Below are positions 19,234-29,305 of a stretch of 63,916 nucleotides of DNA, in pieces. Each line of letters begins with the position of its first letter. Position 1 is the stretch's first letter. Source of the stretch: an uncultured Elusimicrobia bacterium (lineage in GTDB: Bacteria; RUG730); NCBI GenBank assembly GCA_900321865.1, contig ONXP01000003.1:1-63916 (forward strand), given 5' to 3'. Made by a program: the position numbers and the translations under genes. The notes beneath the pieces are model-generated. The model was not told where the DNA came from. It saw nothing but the letters and a program-made list of their open reading frames with translations, and made no database searches.

Positions 19234-21042
19234 ATGTATAGAACCAATTATTGTGGAGAGATTACTGAAAAAAATATTGGGGAGAATATTATAATTTCTG
19301 GCTGGGTAAATTCTAGACGTGATCATGGCGGAGTTGTCTTTTTTGATATGAGAGACATAACTGGCATAGTGCAAGTTGTTTTTCGAATAGAAGAAATAGA
19401 AAAAGATAAATTAAATTTTATAGAAGATTTAATTAAACACAATGTTAAACCGGAATTTGTATTAAAAATTAGTGGAAAAGTAGTAAAAAGATCAGAAGAA
19501 TCTATAAATCCAAAAATGAAAACAGGAAAAATAGAAATCGTTTTAAAAAATCTTGAAGTTTTAAACACTTCAAAGCCTCCTGTTTTTGACATTGAAAATT
19601 CTCAAAATGTTGCTGAGGATACTAGGCTAAAATATAGATTTTTAGATTTAAGAAATCCTAAAATGCAAGAAATTTTTATAAAAAGAAGTTTATTTATAGA
19701 AGAAGTGAATAAATTTTTGTCAAATGAGAGATTTTTATATGTAGAAACTCCAATTTTGACCAAATCTACACCAGAAGGAGCGAGAGATTATTTGGTTCCT
19801 AGTAGAGTTCAAAATGGTATGTTTTATGCTCTTCCGCAATCTCCGCAACTTTTTAAACAACTTTTAATGATATCAGGATTTGACAGGTATTATCAGATAG
19901 CTAAATGTTTTCGTGATGAAGATCTGAGAGCTGACAGGCAACCAGAATTTACGCAGCTAGATATGGAATTATCTTTTGCAATAGAAGAAGATATTTTTGA
20001 TATTATAGAAAGAATGTTAGCAAAAACCTTTTCAATTTTTGGTATAAATATTAATCTGCCTATAAAAAGGCTTACATATGATGAAGCAATGTCTAGATTT
20101 GGCTCAGATAAGCCAGATACGAGATTTGGGATGGAAATTTCTGATGCTACTAATATTTTTTTGAATACAGAATTTAAAGTTTTTAGGCAAATTTTAGAAA
20201 ATAAAGGGAAAATTTTAGGTATAAAAGTCGATAAAGGCTCTTCGTTTTCTAGAAAAGAATTAGATTCTTTGATAGAAGAAGCAAAAATTTTGGGAGCAAA
20301 AGGTCTATTATATGGAAAATATATAAATGGGAATTTTGAGTCGCCTTTAACAAAATTTGCTAAAAAAGAAGAAATAGATGCACTTTTAAAGCTTTTTAAA
20401 GCAGAAGATGGAGATTTAATTCTAATAGTCAGCGATAAAGAAGAATTGGCACAAAAAATTTTGGGAACAATAAGGGGAAATTTGGCAAAAAAATTAAAAT
20501 TAATTCCACCAAATAGTTTTGATTTTTTATGGGTTTATGATTTTCCTATGTTTGAATATAGTGAAGAAGAAAATCGTCTGGTTTCAAAGCATCATCCTTT
20601 TACTATGCCTAGTTTGGAAAATTTTGATAATTTAGAAAATTTGTCTATCGAAGAAAAATTAAAAATAAAATCTAGAAGCTATGACATAATAATGAACGGA
20701 GTAGAACTAGGTGGAGGAAGCATTAGAATCCACGACTTAAATATTCAAAAAAAAGTTTTTAAACTTTTGAATATTAAAGATGAAGAAGCAGAAGAAAAAT
20801 TTGGATTTTTATTAGAGGCTTTGTCTTATGGTGCTCCGCCTCATGCTGGGATAGCTTTGGGCTTAGATAGATTAATTATGCTCTGTATGGAGTTAGATTC
20901 TATTAGAGATGTTATAGCTTTTCCAAAAACCCAAAAAGCTAGTTGCCTTTTGACAGATGCTCCAAATGTCGTTAGCAAAGTTCAACTAAGAGATTTAGGA
21001 ATACAAATAAAAGAAAAAATAAATTTTGATAAAAAAGATTAA
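19234..21042 (+). CDS. aspS: Aspartyl-tRNA synthetase
   Basis: 602 aa. It has an N-terminal OB fold, FRDEDLRADRQPEFTQLD (motif 2) and GGGSIRIHD / GLDRLIMLL (motif 3). Confidence 0.95.
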   Translation: MYRTNYCGEITEKNIGENIIISGWVNSRRDHGGVVFFDMRDITGIVQVVFRIEEIEKDKLNFIEDLIKHNVKPEFVLKISGKVVKRSEESINPKMKTGKIEIVLKNLEVLNTSKPPVFDIENSQNVAEDTRLKYRFLDLRNPKMQEIFIKRSLFIEEVNKFLSNERFLYVETPILTKSTPEGARDYLVPSRVQNGMFYALPQSPQLFKQLLMISGFDRYYQIAKCFRDEDLRADRQPEFTQLDMELSFAIEEDIFDIIERMLAKTFSIFGININLPIKRLTYDEAMSRFGSDKPDTRFGMEISDATNIFLNTEFKVFRQILENKGKILGIKVDKGSSFSRKELDSLIEEAKILGAKGLLYGKYINGNFESPLTKFAKKEEIDALLKLFKAEDGDLILIVSDKEELAQKILGTIRGNLAKKLKLIPPNSFDFLWVYDFPMFEYSEEENRLVSKHHPFTMPSLENFDNLENLSIEEKLKIKSRSYDIIMNGVELGGGSIRIHDLNIQKKVFKLLNIKDEEAEEKFGFLLEALSYGAPPHAGIALGLDRLIMLCMELDSIRDVIAFPKTQKASCLLTDAPNVVSKVQLRDLGIQIKEKINFDKKD

Positions 21043-21150
21043 AAAAATATTTTAATAAATTTTTGAATTAGTGGTTTTTGTTTAAAAATTTGTTTTGTGA
21101 ATATTTTAAATTTAAATTTTGATAGAATTTTTATTGATTATAAGGGAATT

Positions 21151-21930
21151 ATGTGTACAAAGTTAGATTTGTCTGTCGTAATAATTACAAAAAATGAAGA
21201 GAAAAATATTGTTAAATGTCTTGAAAAAATAAAAAATATCGCAAATGAAATCATTATAATAGACAGTTTTAGCACTGATAAAACTAAAGAAATAGTAAAT
21301 AATATAAAAGCAAATATTATTTTTAAAGAAGTTTTGTGGCAAGGTTATGGAAAAACTAAAAATTTTGGTATAAATTTGGCAAAATCGAAATGGATTCTTA
21401 GTCTGGATGCTGATGAAGTGTTGACAGATGAATTGATAAAAGAAATAGAAATTGTTATAAATAAAGAATCTGATATTTTTGGTTATTATGTGCCTAGAAC
21501 TTTGTTTTTTTGCAATAAAGCACTGCACTATGGAGGGACATATCCAGATTATCAGCTTCGTCTTTTCAAAAATGGAGCAGGACTTTTTAATAATTCTGAT
21601 GTCCACGAAAAATTGATTTTAAATGGTAAAAAAGGTTATCTAAAAAATAGCATGTTTCATTATAGCTATCATTCTATTTTTGATTATTTTGAGAGATTTA
21701 ACCTTTATACTACTTTGGATGCAGAAAAAATGTATAATTCAGGCAAAAAAATTAATATTTTAAAGCTTTTTTCTTTTAATTTTAGGCTTTTTAATAAACT
21801 GATAATAAAAAGAGGAATTTTAGATGGATTTTATGGAATTTTTTATCATTTTTTTTCAAGTATGTATCCTATAGTCAAGTATGCCAAACTTTTCGAAATC
21901 TACCAAAATAAAAAATCTAAAAATTTTTAA
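21151..21930 (+). CDS. Family 2 glycosyltransferase (LPS-core type, WaaE/KdtX-like)
   Basis: LSVVIITKNEEKNI, IIIDSFSTDKT and SLDADEVL (DxD) motifs. Start set at the internal ATG 21151. Confidence 0.7.
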   Translation: MCTKLDLSVVIITKNEEKNIVKCLEKIKNIANEIIIIDSFSTDKTKEIVNNIKANIIFKEVLWQGYGKTKNFGINLAKSKWILSLDADEVLTDELIKEIEIVINKESDIFGYYVPRTLFFCNKALHYGGTYPDYQLRLFKNGAGLFNNSDVHEKLILNGKKGYLKNSMFHYSYHSIFDYFERFNLYTTLDAEKMYNSGKKINILKLFSFNFRLFNKLIIKRGILDGFYGIFYHFFSSMYPIVKYAKLFEIYQNKKSKNF

Positions 21931-22035
21931 ATAATGATAAAAAATTTTTTATTTGAAATTAAAGAAATTTGATAATCTTAAGATTTAATATTCTAAAAAT
22001 AAAAATTTTCATAGAAAATTAAACTTATTTTTTAA

Positions 22036-22070
22036 TAAAAAAACCTGCTAGAAAAAACTAGCAGGTTTTT
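22036..22070. terminator. Bidirectional rho-independent terminator between the GT2 gene (+) and groEL (-)
   Basis: An A-run is followed by the stem cctgctag, the loop aaaaaa, the stem ctagcagg and then ttttt (22044-22070). Confidence 0.6.
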
Positions 22071-22113
22071 GAAATTTTTGAAACAAAAATATTATTAATA
22101 ATTTAAAATATTA

Positions 22114-24047
<1,934 letters not shown>

Positions 24048-24089
24048 TTTATCCCCCTTATGAAACAATATTAAATTTTTAATTAAAAA

Positions 24090-24116
24090 TTAGCAATCTA
24101 ACCGGTTGATTGCTAA
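24090..24116. promoter_or_regulatory. CIRCE (HrcA operator) inverted repeat TTAGCAATC-N9-GATTGCTAA upstream of groES
   Basis: A perfect 9-bp inverted repeat with a 9-nt spacer. The CIRCE consensus is TTAGCACTC-N9-GAGTGCTAA. Confidence 0.7.
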
Positions 24117-24143
24117 TTTTATTTTTTTTGTATGTGTTGTCAA
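24116..24143 (-). promoter_or_regulatory. Putative sigma70-type promoter for groESL (TTGACA-N16-TAAAAT), immediately upstream of CIRCE
   Basis: The reverse complement of 24138-24143 is TTGACA. The reverse complement of 24116-24121 is TAAAAT. The spacer is 16 nt. AT-rich background makes this uncertain. Confidence 0.35.
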
Positions 24144-24228
24144 GTTTTTTAATTATATTACTTTTATAAAGTATAAAAATGTGTTAAAATTCTATAAATT
24201 TTTTAAAAATTAGAGGAGAATTTGAATT

Positions 24229-25632
24229 TTGAAAAGTTATAATCTTAATTTTTTAGACAATAATTTTTTAAATAAAAAATATACAATTTTGGGTTTCGGA
24301 AAAAGTGGAGAAGCGAGCTTAGAATTATTAAATCAATTAAATATAAAAAATATTTTTGTAAGCGATACGAATAAAAATATTTTAGGAAAACTAGAAAATT
24401 ATAAAAAAAATGGGCTAATTTATGATTTTGAAATAGGAGAACATTCTGACAAAATTTTAGATTCTGATATAGTTGTGGCTAGTCCTGGGATAAATAAAAA
24501 TCTACAGATTTTTCAAAAAATTAAAGATAAAAATCTTGAAATAATTTCAGAATTAGAATTAGGTTTTAGACATATTGATTCAAAAAATATTATAGCAATA
24601 ACAGGAACAAATGGAAAAACTACGACAGTAAATATTATTAATGAAATATTAAAAGCATACAAAAAGCCTTCGCATCTTTGTGGCAATGTCGGAGTGCCTA
24701 TAACAAAAATTGTAAAAAATGTAAAAAAAGACGATTTTGTTATTATAGAGGTGAGTAGCTATCAATTGGAATTTATAAAAAATTTTCATGCAAAAATTTC
24801 AGCTATCACCAATATCACTCCAGATCATTTATATAGATATGGAAAGATTGAAAATTATGCGAAAGTAAAATTTAATATTTTTCATAATCAAGATAAAAAT
24901 GATATTGCTTTAATAAATTTAGATGACGATTTTATAAAAAATTTTGCACATCAAAAATTTTTACAAAATTTAATTCAAGTTAAAACATTTTCACTTTTTG
25001 ACAAAAATGCTGATATTTTTTATGACGAAAATTTGAAAAAAATTATTTTTAAAAAATATTTGTGGGAATTTGATGTAAAACATTTAAAAATTTTGGGGAA
25101 ACATAATATCCAAAATATAATAATTTCTATTTTGGCTTTAGAAGATATTGTAAAAAAAGACAATTTTAAACTTTTAGAAAATTTTTTAGAGAATTTTTTA
25201 GGGATAGAGCACAGGATAGAATTTGTAAATGAAATCAAAAATATAAAGTTTTATAATGATTCAAAATCGACTAATTACGATTCTACTGAGGTGGCTCTAA
25301 AGGCTTTTGAAAGTGGCGAAAAAAATATAATTTTAATTTTGGGTGGGCAACATAAAGGGTTTTCATTTGAAAAGATGAAAAAATTAATCAATGAAAAAGT
25401 CAAATATTTGTTTTTGTTTGGGGAAGCAAAAACTAGATTGTTTAATGAATTAGATGGAAGCACTGAAATAATTATAAAAAATAACTTGGATGAAATTATA
25501 AATGGTGATTTATTAAAATTGGTTAACTTTGGGGATATCGTGCTTTTTTCTCCAGGATGTGCGAGCTTTGACCAGTTTAAAAATTTTGAAGAAAGAGGAA
25601 AATATTTTAAAGAATTAGTAAATAAATTGTAA
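24229..25632 (+). CDS. murD: UDP-N-acetylmuramoylalanine--D-glutamate ligase (TTG start)
   Basis: ILGFGKSGEA (N-terminal Rossmann), ITGTNGKTT (P-loop), 467 aa. Confidence 0.9.
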   Translation: MKSYNLNFLDNNFLNKKYTILGFGKSGEASLELLNQLNIKNIFVSDTNKNILGKLENYKKNGLIYDFEIGEHSDKILDSDIVVASPGINKNLQIFQKIKDKNLEIISELELGFRHIDSKNIIAITGTNGKTTTVNIINEILKAYKKPSHLCGNVGVPITKIVKNVKKDDFVIIEVSSYQLEFIKNFHAKISAITNITPDHLYRYGKIENYAKVKFNIFHNQDKNDIALINLDDDFIKNFAHQKFLQNLIQVKTFSLFDKNADIFYDENLKKIIFKKYLWEFDVKHLKILGKHNIQNIIISILALEDIVKKDNFKLLENFLENFLGIEHRIEFVNEIKNIKFYNDSKSTNYDSTEVALKAFESGEKNIILILGGQHKGFSFEKMKKLINEKVKYLFLFGEAKTRLFNELDGSTEIIIKNNLDEIINGDLLKLVNFGDIVLFSPGCASFDQFKNFEERGKYFKELVNKL

Positions 25633-25734
25633 AATATTTTAATATTAAAAGTTATCAAAATTTAGCAGAAACTTTTTGGTATAATAAATCAAAAAATTAA
25701 ACAAAATATCGCAGATTAAAAAGGATTTTTAAAA

Positions 25735-27462
25735 ATGTTAAAGTTGACCTTTGAAAATATTTTTCTCACTTTAAATCAATTAAAAAATTTCAGCAAAAAT
25801 TTTACATTTTCGATAATCAATGAAAATAAAAATCTGTTTATTTCATCTGCAACGATTAATTCTAAGGGAAAAAATGAAAATTCTTTATTTTTTGCAATAA
25901 AAGGAAAAAATGTTAACGGACTAAATTTTTTATTAGATGCAAAGGAAAATGGTGCAAAATATTTTTTAGTAGAAAAAGAAAATTGGGAAAATAGATCAAA
26001 AATTTTTAAAAATGATGAAATTTTAAAGAAAATAGAAAATTTAGAAAATGTAATAGTATCAAATGATCCAGAAAAAACTTTTTTATTTTTGGCAAGGGCT
26101 TTTTTAAATTTAGCAGAACAAGAATCAATTAAAAAAAATAACATTTTTCATAAAATAATAATAACTGGTAGCACTGGGAAAACAACAACAAAAAATTTTC
26201 TTTCCTTCGCACTTAAAAATATTTATGGAGAGGAAAAAGTTTTTGCTAGCGAAAAAAATTTAAATAATTCATTGGGTGTTCCATTAAATATTTTTAAATT
26301 GACTGGCGAGGAAAAAATTTGCATTTTTGAAGTTGGAATTAGTAATAAAAACGAGATGGATATTTTAGCAAATATTATAAATCCTGATGTTGGAGTTATT
26401 TTAAATATTGGACCATCGCATTTAGAATATTTAAAAGATTTACAAGGGGTTTGTGATGCAAAGTGGGAGTTAGTAAAACATATTAAAAAAAATGGAGTTT
26501 TATGCCTTAATATTTCTGATTTTCATGAAAAAGAAAATTTTTTGTTTGAAAAATTAAAAAAAAATATATCTTTTCTAGAAAAGAATAAAATAAAATTATC
26601 ATTATTTGGTAATATTCAAAGTTTAATAGAAAATAAGAAAAATCTCAGGTTTTATAAAAAATATAACTATAATTATCTAAAATTTTTGTTGAAAACTAAA
26701 ATTTGTTTTTTTGGGAAAATAGGGAAATTAGATTATGATAATTTTTATACAAAAAACTTTTTAGAACAAAAAATATCTGTATTTTCTAAACGAGGAAATT
26801 CTATTTTTACGACTAAAATTTTAGAAAATGCAGGACTTTCTTCACTTCTTGCAGTAATCTCAATAGCTAAAAGATTTAATATAAATGTTTTTAGCAAAAA
26901 ATTTAAAAATATTATTTCAAAATTTTCAAATACTCATGATGACGAGTTTCTTGAAAAAAAAGGAATGCGTTTTTTTATAAATAAAAAAAATAATATTTTT
27001 TATATAAATGATGCTTATAATGCGAATCCTATTTCTATGGAAAATAGTCTAAAAATTTTATCAAAAATAGATCCTAATGAAAATAATAAAATAGTTATTC
27101 TGGGAGATATGTTAGAATTGGGAAAGGAAGAAGATTTTTTTCATAAAAATTTAGCTAAAAAAATTTTAGATATAAACTTTAAAAAAGTTATTTTGATAGG
27201 AGAAAAAACGAAATATACTTTTTTAGCCTTAAAAGGTTATTTAAATGATAGTAATTTAAAAAATTTTACAAAACTTAATGAATTTTATAAAAAAAGCAAT
27301 TCTTTTTTAGATGAATTTATAAAAAATAATATTTTAAAGTTTGAAAATGTAGATGAATTTATTATTTTTTTAGAAAAAAATTATATTTTTGAAAAGAATG
27401 ACATTGTTTTTATCAAAGGTTCTAGAAAAATGAAATTGGAAAAAATTATAGATTTTTTATAA
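25735..27462 (+). CDS. murF: UDP-MurNAc-pentapeptide synthetase MurF, with extra inserted segments (575 aa)
   Basis: ITGSTGKTTTKNF, GVPLNIFKL and DAYNANPISMENSLKIL (MurF DSYNANP motif). Confidence 0.8.
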   Translation: MLKLTFENIFLTLNQLKNFSKNFTFSIINENKNLFISSATINSKGKNENSLFFAIKGKNVNGLNFLLDAKENGAKYFLVEKENWENRSKIFKNDEILKKIENLENVIVSNDPEKTFLFLARAFLNLAEQESIKKNNIFHKIIITGSTGKTTTKNFLSFALKNIYGEEKVFASEKNLNNSLGVPLNIFKLTGEEKICIFEVGISNKNEMDILANIINPDVGVILNIGPSHLEYLKDLQGVCDAKWELVKHIKKNGVLCLNISDFHEKENFLFEKLKKNISFLEKNKIKLSLFGNIQSLIENKKNLRFYKKYNYNYLKFLLKTKICFFGKIGKLDYDNFYTKNFLEQKISVFSKRGNSIFTTKILENAGLSSLLAVISIAKRFNINVFSKKFKNIISKFSNTHDDEFLEKKGMRFFINKKNNIFYINDAYNANPISMENSLKILSKIDPNENNKIVILGDMLELGKEEDFFHKNLAKKILDINFKKVILIGEKTKYTFLALKGYLNDSNLKNFTKLNEFYKKSNSFLDEFIKNNILKFENVDEFIIFLEKNYIFEKNDIVFIKGSRKMKLEKIIDFL

Positions 27463-27596
27463 TTTGAAGAAAACTTTTGTAGAAATATAAAATTTTTATT
27501 ACTTAATTTTAAATTTTTTTATTTTTTAAAAATCTTAAATATTTTTATTTATTAAAAATTTAGGGAATGTTAAAACTTTTCTAGAAATTCTAGAAA

Positions 27597-28151
27597 TTAT
27601 TTTTTGTGAACTTTTTTATAAGTTTTTTGGCAAAAATTTCTATAATTTTTTTTATACTTTACATGTCTATATTTTACTGGGTCATACTGATAGCAACCTA
27701 TGCATCCTAACTTTTCATCATAATTTTCGTTTCCTTCATAGAATGAAAAAGGATTTCCTAAAATATTCTTTGCATCCCACCTCTTGCCAGTTTCTTTACA
27801 TTTTTTGCAGATTTGCCTTTTTATATCATTTGCTGCCTTACATAAAGGTTGAAAATCTTCTATTCTTTGACTAGAAATATTTGAGACATTTTTATCACTC
27901 TTTCTGCCATCTTTATGGTCTATTTCAATATATGTATTTTCACTTTTTCCATTAATACCTAACATCACACAATTTTTATTTTTATAAAAATCTTTTATAT
28001 CCTGCCTAATAGTATTTTTAAAATTAAAATTTTTATTAAAACCATTTAATCTAATTCTATCAATAGAGTTTCCAGAAGTTATATTTTTATCAAATTCTAT
28101 TATATATTTTTTGGCGAGAATAGAACTTTTTCTGCTACCTGTTTCCACCAT
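27597..28151 (-). CDS. HNH-family (beta-beta-alpha-Me) endonuclease, probable type II restriction endonuclease
   Basis: IEIDHKDGRK...NV...DFQPLCKAANDIKRQ is the HNH motif. It is followed by CKKC...CIGC zinc-ribbon cysteines. It lies directly downstream of the MTase on the same strand. Confidence 0.6.
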   Translation of the reverse strand: MVETGSRKSSILAKKYIIEFDKNITSGNSIDRIRLNGFNKNFNFKNTIRQDIKDFYKNKNCVMLGINGKSENTYIEIDHKDGRKSDKNVSNISSQRIEDFQPLCKAANDIKRQICKKCKETGKRWDAKNILGNPFSFYEGNENYDEKLGCIGCYQYDPVKYRHVKYKKNYRNFCQKTYKKVHKK

Positions 28152-28278
28152 TACCTAATTGTAAACTCTGATATTTTCCTATAAATTCACGAGACCAGAC
28201 CCATCTATTTTTTCCTAATTTATTAGGTTCAGCAAGTTCTAAAAAAAGTTCTGTTTTTGTAAATTTTTTATTTTTCAT
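28135..28278 (-). CDS. Small 47-aa ORF translationally coupled to the HNH gene (function unknown)
   Basis: ATG at 28278. Its stop TAG overlaps the ATGGTG start of the HNH ORF by 17 nt in another frame. Product is MKNKKFTKTELFLELAEPNKLGKNRWVWSREFIGKYQSLQLGNGGNR. Confidence 0.3.
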   Translation of the reverse strand: MKNKKFTKTELFLELAEPNKLGKNRWVWSREFIGKYQSLQLGNGGNR

Positions 28279-28307
28279 ATTAAATATTTTAAAATTTTTA
28301 TAAAAAT

Positions 28308-29114
28308 TTATTTCATTTTAAATACAAAAATATATTCATGTTTAAAAATATAAAAACCGCCTTTCATAGCTCTATATCTCCAGAGTCCACCAGATCCCAG
28401 CTTTCCTTTATTTCCTTCTATATTTTTTATAATTATTCCTTTCATCAAACAATTAAAATTTTTCTTTATCAATTCCATCACATAAAAAGAAAGTGGAATA
28501 ACCTCTGATTTTTTATAAATATCACCAATAACAATAGCAAAATATTTATCTTTTTTTAAAAATTTTAAAAAAATCTCACAGATAATTTTAAATTTATCTA
28601 AAAACTTTTCTAAATCTTCTTCATTAGATAAATCGTTTTTATTATCAGTAAATTTTATTATATCCATATATGGAGGATGCATTAAAATAAAATCTACTTT
28701 TTTACTAAAATTATTAAACTTTTTAAAAGCTTCTTCTAAACTTTTATCAATTTTTTCTCCAGAAAGAGAATCCTCTTCTTTCAAATAAAAATTACTTTTA
28801 TTAAAATCTAGCCCCATACTTTCATAAATATAATTAATCATATTAGGATTAATATCAAAGCCTATATATTTCCTATTAAGCTTTTCACATTCAAATAAAG
28901 TCGTTCCAGAGCCTGCAAATGGTTCTAAAACTAAATCATTTTCATCGGTATATCTACGAATAAGTTGATTAGGAATCTGTGGAATAAAATTCCCATGATA
29001 AATATTTTTATGCTTTCCTGTTTTATCTCTACTAGAAATTAACCAAAGAGAATCTACATTTATATCTAGCATGTTTGATTCTAATTTTTGTTTATTTATA
29101 TTTTCTTCTTTCAA
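28308..29114 (-). CDS. DNA amino-methyltransferase (N6A/N4C), motif order X-I...IV with atypical HPPY catalytic tetrad
   Basis: KHKNIYHGNFIPQIPNQLIRRYTDENDLVLEPFAGSGTT matches PF01555-type motif X plus I (hptqKP..L...LI...gdlVLDPFaGSGTT). ILMHPPYMD sits in the (D/N/S)PPY position. Confidence 0.8.
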   Translation of the reverse strand: MKEENINKQKLESNMLDINVDSLWLISSRDKTGKHKNIYHGNFIPQIPNQLIRRYTDENDLVLEPFAGSGTTLFECEKLNRKYIGFDINPNMINYIYESMGLDFNKSNFYLKEEDSLSGEKIDKSLEEAFKKFNNFSKKVDFILMHPPYMDIIKFTDNKNDLSNEEDLEKFLDKFKIICEIFLKFLKKDKYFAIVIGDIYKKSEVIPLSFYVMELIKKNFNCLMKGIIIKNIEGNKGKLGSGGLWRYRAMKGGFYIFKHEYIFVFKMK

Positions 29115-29305
29115 TGTTTACTCCAAAATATTATGAAAAACTTACTTAATATAAATTTTAATATAACAATTATTATATTAAACTAGAAAAAATTTAATAT
29201 TTATAATTTTAATACAAATAAAAGCTATTTGTTTCTATTCTAAAATGTTTTTGAAAATATATTTTTAAATAACTAAGAGAAAATCAAAAATTATATTGAT
29301 ATGTT

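Noticed and set aside
24048-24068. Longer GroES start (MFHKGDKM...).
   Set aside because: GroES proteins begin M-N/K-I/L-(R/K)-P-L at the equivalent of the internal Met. The extension would run into CIRCE.
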